Below, in pieces: positions 1 through 8,792 of a DNA stretch of 64,000 bases. The DNA is from Candidatus Aenigmatarchaeota archaeon. GTDB taxonomy: Archaea; Aenigmatarchaeota; Aenigmatarchaeia; QMZP01; QMZT01. The first letter of the stretch is position 1, and each line of letters starts with the position of its first letter. The notes under the pieces were generated by a model. That model searched no databases, was not told the origin of the DNA, and saw nothing but the letters and a program-made list of their open reading frames with translations. Location of the stretch: the NCBI GenBank assembly GCA_041489155.1, contig JBGPQP010000004.1:31030-95029 (forward strand), written 5' to 3'. Position numbers and translations under genes: made by a program.

Positions 1-380
1 TTTCCGCGGCAGGCGGGCTGCTGTCTTTCCTTGGTGACAGCAACATCCTTACTCTGGTTGCGATTCTTGTGGTGATAATAGTGATAGGAGGCTTCCTCGC
101 GTACCTTCTGCTGCCGCCGAAGAAGGGCTACCATCCGATTACAGGATACCTGCCGAAAGAAAAGATCTCAGTCACGCACAAGCTTGCGTATTTCTTCACC
201 CACATAAAGCTCAGAAAACCGAAGATGCCGGGCAGCCAGAGAACGCTGCAGACATACGAGAGGTCGGCTCCGGCCGCGCCTGCCCCGGTCCAGCCTGACA
301 GGCGATACGCCGAAGGCTACCACAGGCTTGATGAATTCCCGCTGAGCTACGATAAGAGGAAGTTAAAGGAAAAGAAATAG
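1..380 (+). CDS. 3' end of a membrane-anchored protein (5'-truncated by window edge)
   Basis: Frame is open from position 3; hydrophobic TM (ILTLVAILVVIIVIGGFLAYLLL) is followed by a basic cytoplasmic tail. Confidence 0.75.
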   Translation, partial: SAAGGLLSFLGDSNILTLVAILVVIIVIGGFLAYLLLPPKKGYHPITGYLPKEKISVTHKLAYFFTHIKLRKPKMPGSQRTLQTYERSAPAAPAPVQPDRRYAEGYHRLDEFPLSYDKRKLKEKK

Positions 381-440
381 CGGATGCAGGCGGGTTTTTA
401 TTTTTAACAGGACAATTAATTTAAAGGGAGCAGTGTTTCC

Positions 441-1253
441 ATGACTTTAAGGGCAGCCGGTCTCTCGCTTTTTTTCATGCTTATCTTCACCGCCATAGGC
501 TGGCTGATAGGCGTAATCGTAGGCATGATATTCAGGACCGCGAACGTCATGCTATGGGCCTTCGTCTTCTTCGTTCTGTCCGCCCTGATGATAGCGATAG
601 GGCATTTTTACGCGCCCAGAATAATCCTTTCGAGATACAAGGCGAAAATCAGCGAGAAGAAGGAGCTGAACGACATGGTTGACAGGATGGCGGTGAACGC
701 GAAAATAGAGACGCCGAAAGTCTACATTGCTCCGCTCGACGTCCCCAATTCCTTTGTCACCGGGAGAGGCAGGGAAGACGCTGCGATATGCGTCACAGAG
801 GGCCTGCTGAGCCTCAACAAGGGAGAGATAGAAAACGTAGTGGCGCATGAGATATGGCACATCGCCAACGGCGACCTGCCGTCGCAGAACCTCGCAGTCA
901 TAATCGCCGACGTGCTTTACCACACGGTGATTTTCATTCCGCTTGCGATTTTTGTTGTAAAGATCACGCTTTCCGGGAGGCGGGAGTTCAGGGCGGATTA
1001 CTATGCAACGCGCTACTCGAAGAAGCCGAGGGACATGGCCTCCGCCCTCAACAAGATGAGCGAGATCGCGAGACAAACCCCCATTGGAGGCTCGCCGGCG
1101 ATGGAAAGCCTGTGGGTGGTTAATCCTTTCAAAAGGGAGGGCCTGGGCAGGTGGCTGTCCACGCATCCGCCTACCGCCAGGAGGGCGAAAAGGGTGGAGG
1201 ATATGGCGCACGAGGGCATGCCCGAAGCGCCGGAAGCGACGGAGGTGGACTGA
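441..1253 (+). CDS. htpX: M48 family zinc metalloprotease (HtpX-like)
   Basis: N-terminal TMs, PNSF, AHEIWH, REFRAD and STHPP motifs. Confidence 0.9.
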   Translation: MTLRAAGLSLFFMLIFTAIGWLIGVIVGMIFRTANVMLWAFVFFVLSALMIAIGHFYAPRIILSRYKAKISEKKELNDMVDRMAVNAKIETPKVYIAPLDVPNSFVTGRGREDAAICVTEGLLSLNKGEIENVVAHEIWHIANGDLPSQNLAVIIADVLYHTVIFIPLAIFVVKITLSGRREFRADYYATRYSKKPRDMASALNKMSEIARQTPIGGSPAMESLWVVNPFKREGLGRWLSTHPPTARRAKRVEDMAHEGMPEAPEATEVD

Positions 1254-1502
1254 ATGGTGAAAAAAATAACGGAGAGCATAGACAGGGAGCTGGCTTCGCT
1301 GCACAACCAGATCGAGTCCGGCGGGCCGGATATGCACACCGTGTGCGGAAAGCTTGAGCAGGTAATGCGCGACCTGAAGGTCTACGATCAGAAAAGGCAC
1401 AAGACCGACCAGCTTTACGACGACGTAAACAAGCGTTTCGAAGCGCTTGTCCTCTCAATGGAGAAGCTGATAAAAATCCTGAAGAACAATGACATGGTTT
1501 AG
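1254..1502 (+). CDS. Small coiled-coil hypothetical protein
   Basis: Abuts htpX stop; GGAGGTGG SD upstream; helical heptad pattern. Confidence 0.7.
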   Translation: MVKKITESIDRELASLHNQIESGGPDMHTVCGKLEQVMRDLKVYDQKRHKTDQLYDDVNKRFEALVLSMEKLIKILKNNDMV

Positions 1503-1518
1503 TAAAGTTAAGCGTTTT

Positions 1519-2382
1519 TTATTTGCTCATTCTTATCGGAATCCATACGCCGCTTTCCGTGTAGTGACCTAAACCGCCAAAATCGTAAGCCCTGATCCTG
1601 TTTTTGCCGGCTTGTTTCGCTTTGAGCATGGCATTGTCAGCATAATGGACAATCGCTCTTGCGGCTATTTCCTCGAAATCCTTTCCAAGATCAGGAGCCT
1701 TGACGCCTGCCGTCTGCTGCAAACGGATGAAGTCGTATACATTCTTAAGCATCACAAGCGCCTTGTTTTTATCTGAACCTGAACGAGAGCAGTATTCGTT
1801 TATTCTTGCCATCGTTCTTTCAGCGACGCCGTCACTGTCCAGGAAAGCAGCTATGGTGTCCCTTCCTCTCTCCCCATAAAGCATCGGGACGCCTACAACA
1901 TCGCTTGATGTGACGCCGCCGCTTATGGTAAAAGCATAATCATCGGCTATCAACCTTCTTATTTCATCTGCTGTCATGTAAGCGCCTCTCGTGCTCGTCG
2001 ATCTCAAAAGGGCCAGGAATTCATCGGCCTTCGTGCTGTTCCTGCAGACAATGTCCGAGGTTCTTAGATTGTTTTTTAATGAGAGGGCCGTGTTCCTTAT
2101 GGCTTCGTCGCCTTTCTGGTGACCTTCGTCGTCATTTATGGCTTTGAGGTTGTCGTTGTCAACGAAAAGGATGGCATGCGGCTGGCCAGCCCTGGCCGAG
2201 GCTGAGAGCTCGATAGGCAGTATCCTGTCAAAAAACTTCCTGTTGAAAATGCCCGTAAGAGAATCATCATACAGAACTGCCTGAAGGCAATCAATGAGAT
2301 AAGCCGCCTTTTTGCCGCCAGTTTCCTTTATGTGCTCTTCCAGCGCATGCGCGGCTTCGTCTATTTTACTATTATCAGGCAT
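1519..2382 (-). CDS. GGDEF-domain (diguanylate cyclase-like) protein with variant KADEF motif and internal insertion
   Basis: DSLTGIFNR, FVDNDNLKAINDDEGHQKGD, RTSD I-site, KADEF, ISGGV, ADNAMLKAKQAGKNR. Confidence 0.85.
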   Translation of the reverse strand: MPDNSKIDEAAHALEEHIKETGGKKAAYLIDCLQAVLYDDSLTGIFNRKFFDRILPIELSASARAGQPHAILFVDNDNLKAINDDEGHQKGDEAIRNTALSLKNNLRTSDIVCRNSTKADEFLALLRSTSTRGAYMTADEIRRLIADDYAFTISGGVTSSDVVGVPMLYGERGRDTIAAFLDSDGVAERTMARINEYCSRSGSDKNKALVMLKNVYDFIRLQQTAGVKAPDLGKDFEEIAARAIVHYADNAMLKAKQAGKNRIRAYDFGGLGHYTESGVWIPIRMSK

Positions 2383-2564
2383 ATTTTATTCACTAATAGA
2401 TAGTTACGTTATTAATTTATAAAGCTTTTTTGCCGCTTTCGAAGCGGCGATGTTTGTCGCTTTTTGGCAAAATTAGCCTCAAAAATGCGCCTGGCAGGAT
2501 AACGATACCTTTATATATATATTATATAGTATATACAGTACTAAACCAAAACGGAGGGATAAAA

Positions 2565-2798
2565 ATGGCAAACGTAACATTCGAAACTGTAAAAGCAGAA
2601 GAAGTGAAATTCGGTAGGAACAACTTCATCGAGGTCGCAAGAAAGAAAGCAACGACCGACCAGGGTGAAAATGAGTTCATAGCAATTTCTCGCGGGTTCT
2701 TCCTTCCAGACGGAACGAAGAAATTCAAGAGATCGATTGCAATACCGGACGAAAAGGAAATAAAGAAATTCATATCGGAAAGAATACTGGAATACTGA
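2565..2798 (+). CDS. Small conserved archaeal protein, possible PC4/PUR-like nucleic-acid-binding fold
   Basis: GGAGG SD before ATG 2565, upstream TATA, T-rich terminator; beta-beta-beta-beta-alpha pattern (fold is inference). Confidence 0.7.
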   Translation: MANVTFETVKAEEVKFGRNNFIEVARKKATTDQGENEFIAISRGFFLPDGTKKFKRSIAIPDEKEIKKFISERILEY

Positions 2799-2940
2799 TG
2801 CGGTTTGGCTAAAGCTGAACCAAAGGGATACATTGTTCTTTCTTTCCCTTTATTTTCATTTTATTTGATTTAAGCAGCTGTTATTCTAGCTTCCTTGAAA
2901 TAAAAAAATTAAACAAAGCTCCAAAAACAGAATGGGGAAA

Positions 2941-3282
2941 TTAACCTATGTAGACGTCTTCCTTTCCTGTCACGACCTCGCTCTTCTCGACCTTCTTTAG
3001 CTCCTTGGGTATCTTTATCCTGCCGTGCTTCTTCTCGTAGCCCTCGACCGATTTCTTGAGCGTCTCAAGGAATATCTTCGCAAACTTCGCGTCCATGATC
3101 ATGACCTTGTGCTTGACGGCGATGGTCTGCTGGGATTTTCCATGAATCTGGTCTATCCTGGGCGTGTTCTGCTTGAAGTCGAGAATGAACTTCGAGGGGT
3201 TGTAGATTATGCTTATCGCGTCAGTGTAGAAGCCTTCGTCCCTGTGGTCTATCTGGACGTTTATGTTTCTCTCTTCCTCCAT
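2941..3282 (-). CDS. DUF3467-like hypothetical protein
   Basis: FYTDAISI...FILDFKQ...VMIMDAKFAKIFLETL pattern; GGAGGTG SD. Confidence 0.7.
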   Translation of the reverse strand: MEEERNINVQIDHRDEGFYTDAISIIYNPSKFILDFKQNTPRIDQIHGKSQQTIAVKHKVMIMDAKFAKIFLETLKKSVEGYEKKHGRIKIPKELKKVEKSEVVTGKEDVYIG

Positions 3283-3303
3283 GTTGCACCTCCAAATATC
3301 AAA

Positions 3304-4782
3304 TTACCTGAGCAGGTTTAATAAAAGCGGCGATGCGTTAACCAGCATCAAACCCACTATCAGCATTATTACCGCGTTCACGAGCAGCTCCTTTGTGCTC
3401 CTCCTGATTCTGAATTCCGCAACTAGCTCCTCGAACATCTTGCCACCGTCGAAGGGGACGATCGGCAGGAGGTTCACGAGGGCGACGTTGAAGCTGAGGA
3501 AGAATATCCAGAAAAGCGTAGGCGTGAAGAAGAAGACGGCTTCCGCCTGAAGCCTGTACTTCTCCCTGAACTCGTCCTTGAGCTTGGAGGTTTCCTGCAG
3601 ATCTATGCCTATGTAGCCCCTGCTTGCGTTGTCCGTCCTGGATGCGACGGTCAGGTTGAAGGTGCCGTTGGACGTGACGAAATTCACCTGCTGCCTGGGT
3701 TTTATCTGCGAGACGGCGAGATTGAAGGATTCGACGTCAAGCGTGGGCATGCCGTTTATTTCTTTTATCACGTAGCCCTTATCGAGGACGCCGTAAGCCG
3801 GCGTGCCGTTAGCAACGTTAGTTATAATCATGCCGGTAGGCTCGGTCATCATGCCAAGCGCCGGCCCCATCACGGAGACCAGCAGCAAGAGAGCGATTAG
3901 CGCGACTATGAGGTTGGTGAAAGAGCCTATCGCGTATATCCTCATCCTGCCCCTGCTCCTGTAAAGCTTCATGCCCTTCTCGTCCGGCTCAACGAAACCG
4001 CCTATGGGAAGCGGCCCCGCGGTAAGGATGCCTGCCGACTTGAGCCTTATCTTGTGCGACCTGGTAAGGACGCCGTGCGCGAATTCGTGCGGCACGAGCA
4101 GGCATATCATCGCTATCAGAGCCTGCCAGAAGGGGATGAAAATCCCTGTCCCGGGGAAGAAGAAACCCGGCCCTTCGCTGCTTACCGTGGGCAGCAGCGG
4201 CGATACGCCAGGGACGCTGCTCTGCAGCAGGATAATTTTCAGAGCCTGCGAGAACAGCAGGCTGATGAGCAGCGAGGGAATGCCAAACACGCCGACGAGA
4301 ACCGAGACGTAAGGCTTGAGGAAGCCCATGTCGGAAAGCATGGGGAAAATTTCAAACGCTATGACGCCCATGACCACGGCAGCAGCTGCCAGGTGCATCA
4401 GTTTTCTTTCGCTTCTCCTCAGCAGATAAACGCCTGCAGCGAGCACGCAAACGCCGATTACCGCAGGCAAAACGCCGAAGGAAAGGTACGTGAAAATCAG
4501 CGCTGCTGCGCCGAGCACGAGGGCGACGGACCATGTGTTACGGTATTTCGCGACGTAATAGCCTCCGACCCCTCCGAACGAAACCACTATTGCGATGTCG
4601 CCCAAGAATTTCCAGAAATAAGGCGAAAGCCTAGCGATGTTGTCGACGAACCTGAGGCCGTGCCTCGTCTCTATCATGAAGAAGACGTTGAAGAATCTTT
4701 TGTAACTTGTCCTGCTTAGCAGGATGAGGCCTATCAGAAAGGCGGCGATGCCTATTATTATGTAAGAATCAACAAATTCCAT
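3304..4782 (-). CDS. Site-2 protease (M50) with PDZ domain
   Basis: PHEFAH, GGFVEPD, NLLPIVPFDGG; PDZ-like segment (GTPAYGVL...INGMP). Confidence 0.92.
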   Translation of the reverse strand: MEFVDSYIIIGIAAFLIGLILLSRTSYKRFFNVFFMIETRHGLRFVDNIARLSPYFWKFLGDIAIVVSFGGVGGYYVAKYRNTWSVALVLGAAALIFTYLSFGVLPAVIGVCVLAAGVYLLRRSERKLMHLAAAAVVMGVIAFEIFPMLSDMGFLKPYVSVLVGVFGIPSLLISLLFSQALKIILLQSSVPGVSPLLPTVSSEGPGFFFPGTGIFIPFWQALIAMICLLVPHEFAHGVLTRSHKIRLKSAGILTAGPLPIGGFVEPDEKGMKLYRSRGRMRIYAIGSFTNLIVALIALLLLVSVMGPALGMMTEPTGMIITNVANGTPAYGVLDKGYVIKEINGMPTLDVESFNLAVSQIKPRQQVNFVTSNGTFNLTVASRTDNASRGYIGIDLQETSKLKDEFREKYRLQAEAVFFFTPTLFWIFFLSFNVALVNLLPIVPFDGGKMFEELVAEFRIRRSTKELLVNAVIMLIVGLMLVNASPLLLNLLR

Positions 4783-4805
4783 ACAAATATTTTGTTCTCA
4801 GAAAG

Positions 4806-5387
4806 TTAAATAGCACGACGCTTTTTTTCGGGCAGGGCCTGAAATTCTCGTAGGATTTTTCCAAAAACTTTTTTCATCTCGGGCGTTTGTATGTTCTGCC
4901 GCCCGTCCTCGAAGAACTCGCTGAAATCGATTCTAGGGTTCGTCGTCGCGTACGCCAGCGCCTGCATACACATCTCCAGCTTGTCCAGGTCCCTGACGAA
5001 CTGCGCCTCCTTCGTTTTCCGCTCTTCAAATTCCTTCCACAGACCGGTGATTTCCTTCGCCGTTTCATCCGGCAGGAGCGAAACGATTTTTTTCATGCCT
5101 TCTTCCTCGAGTTTTTTCTTCATCTTACCGGGCATCGTCCTGTCCTCTTTCCTGATCCTGCTGGGGATGTCGCCGGAATAGGCCTCGCACAGGTCGTGGA
5201 CAAGCGCGAGCTTCACGCACCTGCCGGAATCCAGGCCCGTCTGTTTCGCATAGACGTAAGCCAGAACAGCCAGCATGAAGGAGTGGTCGGCAACGCTCTC
5301 GGACGCTTTAACGCCCTTGAGAATCCAGCCTGCCCTTTTCAGGTGCTTGAGTTTCAAAACTTTTGCCGCAAAATCCAGCAAATCCAT
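4806..5387 (-). CDS. HD-domain hydrolase (YfbR/HDDC2-like 5'-deoxynucleotidase)
   Basis: LKRAGW, ESVADHS, VHDLCEA, DLDKLE. Confidence 0.9.
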   Translation of the reverse strand: MDLLDFAAKVLKLKHLKRAGWILKGVKASESVADHSFMLAVLAYVYAKQTGLDSGRCVKLALVHDLCEAYSGDIPSRIRKEDRTMPGKMKKKLEEEGMKKIVSLLPDETAKEITGLWKEFEERKTKEAQFVRDLDKLEMCMQALAYATTNPRIDFSEFFEDGRQNIQTPEMKKVFGKILREFQALPEKKRRAI

Positions 5388-5473
5388 AAAATCAATATTG
5401 TGCAGGGTTTTTTATAGGACTGGGCACATTATTTAAAATCCAGACACATAATAAACACTGCAAATAAATAGAT

Positions 5474-5651
5474 GCGGGGGTACCCAAGCGGTCAAAGGGG
5501 CTAGGCTAAGGTTCACGGCTTTGTCGTAATCTGGCCTGAAGAGAGGGTTAATCCCTTGATGATTAGAAACCTAGTGCTTTAGTAGCTTCCAGGGTTCGAA
5601 AGCGCATGAAGTAGGTAAAACCTGCTTCGCTCGGAATTCCCTGCTCCCGCA
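5474..5651 (+). tRNA. tRNA-Leu(AAG) with introns at 37/38 (5512-5568) and in the T-loop, 59/60 (~5601-5637)
   Basis: Acceptor GCGGGGG/CTCCCGC+A; anticodon stem CTAGG/CCTAG; spliced loop CTAAGGA; variable arm GCT/AGC; T arm CAGGG-TTCGAA|T-CCCTG; BHB CTAA/TTAG; upstream TTTAAA. Confidence 0.9.
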
Positions 5652-5697
5652 TTAAATTTATATATTCGCCTGATAATATTTAGAGATAATTAGCACA

Positions 5698-6486
5698 ATG
5701 GTGATTTGTTTGAAAATCAAGGTCATCAGCAAGAAGGGAGAGAATTTCAGGTTTCTTCTGGAGGGGGCGAATCCCGCCTTCGCAAATACGCTCAGAAGGA
5801 TAATGATATCGGAAGTACCGAACATGACCATCGATTCTGTCGAATTCCAGGACAACACGTCAGCGCTGTTCGACGAAATAATCGCGCACAGGATGGGCAT
5901 GATACCTTTGCAGTTCGATCCGGACAAGTTCAACGTCATGAAGGACTGCAAATGCGAGGGCAAAGGCTGCCCGTCATGCCAAGTTTTCTTCGCGCTGGAA
6001 AAGACAGGACCGGCGATGGTTTATTCATCCGACCTGAAATCATCGAACAAGAGCGTAAGGCCTACTTCACCGGATTTCCCGATAGTCAAGCTGCTCAAGG
6101 ACCAGCACCTGAAGATGGAAGCGACCGCGAGGCTCGGAACCGGCAGGGAGCATGCCAAATTCCAGTCAGCCAACGTGGCTTACAATTATTTGCCTACCAT
6201 AGAGGCTTCAAGCTCAGAGGATTTCAAAAGGGTCGTAAGCGCCTGCCCCAAGGGCGTGCTGGAAGTAAAGAACAGGAAGCTTGTTCTGGTCGACCCCTAC
6301 GCATGCAACGAATGCAAGATGTGCGAGGAAACGGACGAGGGGGTAAAGATGAAGGGGGATCCGACGAAATTCGTGTTCAAGGTCGAGAGCATCTCGGGCC
6401 TTGAGCCGGAGTACATAGTCGAGAGGGCCGTGCAGATTCTCGAGGAGAAGGCGAAGGACTTCAAGGAACAACTGAAGGAAGTGTAG
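5698..6486 (+). CDS. rpoD: DNA-directed RNA polymerase subunit D (Rpo3) with Fe-S domain
   Basis: ANTLRRIMISEVP, DEIIAHRMGMIPL, GTGREHAKF, CNECKMC. Confidence 0.95.
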   Translation: MVICLKIKVISKKGENFRFLLEGANPAFANTLRRIMISEVPNMTIDSVEFQDNTSALFDEIIAHRMGMIPLQFDPDKFNVMKDCKCEGKGCPSCQVFFALEKTGPAMVYSSDLKSSNKSVRPTSPDFPIVKLLKDQHLKMEATARLGTGREHAKFQSANVAYNYLPTIEASSSEDFKRVVSACPKGVLEVKNRKLVLVDPYACNECKMCEETDEGVKMKGDPTKFVFKVESISGLEPEYIVERAVQILEEKAKDFKEQLKEV

Positions 6487-6487
6487 C

Positions 6488-6685
6488 ATGACGCTGAAGC
6501 TCATCGTCTCCTGGATTTTCGGAGGGGCGCTGATAGCAGCGGCCGCGTGGATTCTTGGCCATCTCGACGAGACACTGGGCGTTTCGCCTGCATCGTACTG
6601 GACCGCGTTTTTCCTTGCCTTCGTGCTCATACTCATAGGCGGCCTAGCGTGGATAAGCGTCGCCACGGCGACGTCGAAGCACTAA
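6488..6685 (+). CDS. Small two-TM membrane protein
   Basis: Two hydrophobic helices; coupled to rpoD. Confidence 0.7.
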   Translation: MTLKLIVSWIFGGALIAAAAWILGHLDETLGVSPASYWTAFFLAFVLILIGGLAWISVATATSKH

Positions 6686-6768
6686 CACGGGAATAAATTC
6701 TGAAAAAGCGGTCTGATTCTTGGAAACATTCGCAAGGAATAAAAAGGGGTTGCGACCAATAATAAAGC

Positions 6769-6987
6769 ATGTTGAACGAAAACGAGATGCAGATACTGGG
6801 AGTTTTCAGCCAGCGCCTCCTCATCAGAAGGGACGAGCTGAGAAGCGTCCTTGCTGAGAGCGGCGTCAACGACGGCACGATGACGATAAACAGGCTCAGT
6901 AGCCTCGGATACCTGAAGTTCATCGAGGCCGTGGGCGCTCCGTGCTACACGATAACGCAAGAGGGGATCAGGGCACTTAAAAAATAA
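6769..6987 (+). CDS. Small winged-helix protein
   Basis: wHTH-like pattern ending LGYL...YTITQEGIRAL. Confidence 0.65.
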   Translation: MLNENEMQILGVFSQRLLIRRDELRSVLAESGVNDGTMTINRLSSLGYLKFIEAVGAPCYTITQEGIRALKK

Positions 6988-7074
6988 GTTATAAGCCCCT
7001 TCTTTCTTATTATAAATTACTTAGCACAACGTAGATACGCTGATGCAGGTTGAACCTGCGTCTTTTGAGACGTT

Positions 7075-7100
7075 AGCCCCGTGTTGTAGCGGTCAAGCAT
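7075..7100 (+). repeat. Duplicated 5' end of tRNA-Gln (direct repeat of 8031-8056, 24/26 identical)
   Basis: AGCCCCGTGTTGTAGCGGTCAAGCAT vs AGCCCCGTGGTGTAGCGGCCAAGCAT. Confidence 0.92.
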
Positions 7101-7130
7101 AAATTTAAACATACAAATTCAACTATATAT

Positions 7131-8045
7131 ATGAGGGTAAAACTTTTAGATGGCAAACAAAGAGCATTAATAGAGCAAGTAAAAAATAAAAATAATTTTA
7201 ATTTTAAAGAACTTTCGACATTTCTACGCGTCAATGGAGCAGCATTAAGAGAATGGTATTATGAAAGATGTCTTTTACCTTACAATATTTTTAGAAAGTT
7301 AGATGAAGAAAAAAACTTCGAAAAATTTATAATGGAAATTAGAGAACAGAACTGGGGTCAAAGAGATGGGGGTAAAAAATCATATGGGAACACAAAGAAA
7401 ATAAAAAAACCGCTTTTCGACGAAAGATTGGCAGAACTCGTGGGTATTTTATTAGGAGATGGCAACATCTATTCGTATAGAAATGTGAAAAACGGTAAAG
7501 TAATATCGACGCATAGTATAAGAATTTGTGGTGATTCCAGAAATGATCACGAGTATGTAACGGAACATGTTTCAAATTTGTTACAAAATCTTTTTGAAAT
7601 AAAAACTCGTTTGTACAAAAGTAAAAAAAGAAACGCAGTTTATGTAATAGCTGATGGAATTGAACTAGTGAAATTTTTCAATTCATTTGGCTTGAAACCC
7701 GGAAATAAGATAAAAAACAATCTTACGATTCCAGAATGGATATGGCAAGATCCAGTATTTTTGAAATCTTGCATACGTGGTTTATTTGATACGGATGGTT
7801 CAATCTATGAATTAAAACCGCATTGGCCGGGTTTGATTCAAATATCGTTCAGAAATTATAATAAACTCCTCCTGAAAGATGTAGAAAGAGCCTTGAAACA
7901 ATTAGGTTTCATTACATCGAAAATACATGACAAAAAAATTTGCATAACGAAACAAAATGAAGTTGATAAATTTTTTAAGGAGATAAAACCTAATAATCCT
8001 AAACACGTTAAGAAATATGAAAAAATCAGAAGCCCCGTGGTGTAG
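7131..8045 (+). CDS. Double-motif LAGLIDADG homing endonuclease with N-terminal HTH-like region
   Basis: LAELVGILLGDG and CIRGLFDTDGS motifs; clearly AT-rich versus host; TTTAAA at 7104 about 25 nt before ATG; last codons and TAG lie inside tRNA-Gln. Confidence 0.9.
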   Translation: MRVKLLDGKQRALIEQVKNKNNFNFKELSTFLRVNGAALREWYYERCLLPYNIFRKLDEEKNFEKFIMEIREQNWGQRDGGKKSYGNTKKIKKPLFDERLAELVGILLGDGNIYSYRNVKNGKVISTHSIRICGDSRNDHEYVTEHVSNLLQNLFEIKTRLYKSKKRNAVYVIADGIELVKFFNSFGLKPGNKIKNNLTIPEWIWQDPVFLKSCIRGLFDTDGSIYELKPHWPGLIQISFRNYNKLLLKDVERALKQLGFITSKIHDKKICITKQNEVDKFFKEIKPNNPKHVKKYEKIRSPVV

Positions 8046-8243
8046 CGGCCAAGCATTTTTCTGTATTTTTGATTGCAGAAAAATGGGCTAGGCATGCAGG
8101 GCTTTGGATTCACAAAGCTTCCAAAGCTTTGAGAACCCCCCACTAAGGGATTTCCGTGAACGCTTTGGCGGACGCGGAAGCTCCTTCAGGGGTTCTGTGA
8201 AAGAAGAAACCCGGCGACGGCGGTTCGAATCCGCCCGGGGCTA
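8031..8243 (+). tRNA. tRNA-Gln(TTG) with D-arm intron (8053-8091) and canonical 37/38 intron (8108-8208)
   Basis: Acceptor AGCCCCG/CGGGGCT+A; anticodon TTG 8104-8106; T arm GGCGG-TTCGAAT-CCGCC; BHB GGCC/GGCT with AAG/AGG bulges; BHB CTTT/GAAG; one A28.G42 mismatch. Confidence 0.9.
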
Positions 8244-8254
8244 TCCTTTCTCAA

Positions 8255-8659
8255 TCAAATGTGATAAAAAGTGTAAGTTCCCCTCGTGTCCCTGCCCTGG
8301 CCGGAGACTGCGATGGTGATGGTCAGGGGATTGTTGGGCGGGGTTTTGCCCCAGTTGGAGCAGTTCAGGGCATAGAGCATCTCTATAGAATACGTCCTGC
8401 CGTACTCCTCCTGGAAAGACGTCTTGAGGTCCTCGAGCCTGTTCTCGAAGCTGTCCTTGGTTTCGTTGCAGTAATAGGTCTCACGTATGGTCTGGTTGAG
8501 GCCGCTTAGTATGTTGTTGAAAATCCGGACGTCCATCGCCATGAAAGGCTCGGTGATGTCGACCTCGGAATACTGGAACAATGCCTGCTGGACGATGAAT
8601 ATCATGCCTACGAGGAAAACGATTGCGACAAGAAACAGCTGGCCCTTTTTCTTCCCCAT
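8255..8659 (-). CDS. Class III signal peptide (pilin/archaellin-like) protein
   Basis: MGKKKG|QLFLVAIVFLVGMIF prepilin-peptidase-type N-terminus. Confidence 0.7.
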   Translation of the reverse strand: MGKKKGQLFLVAIVFLVGMIFIVQQALFQYSEVDITEPFMAMDVRIFNNILSGLNQTIRETYYCNETKDSFENRLEDLKTSFQEEYGRTYSIEMLYALNCSNWGKTPPNNPLTITIAVSGQGRDTRGTYTFYHI

Positions 8660-8792
8660 GAAAATAATTTGCGCGGCTTAAATAAAAAAACGAAAATGAA
8701 AGGAACGAGATAAGACAGAGTGCGACGGAGGGGTGAGTCTCGCTATCGCCCCTGTTATTCCTGCCCCTTTCCCCTTCAAGCGTCGTCCGGGT

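Noticed and set aside
2941..2955. C-terminal VYIG as a proteasome HbYX motif
   Set aside because: Tyr is third from last rather than penultimate, and there is no supporting context.
5506..5512. Reading the Leu anticodon as TAA
   Set aside because: Stem register and BHB geometry put T at position 33 and AAG at 34-36.
7028..7074. Hairpin GATGCAGG/CCTGCGTC before the upstream tRNA copy as a split-tRNA leader or BHB
   Set aside because: No convincing BHB and no complementary partner found in the window.
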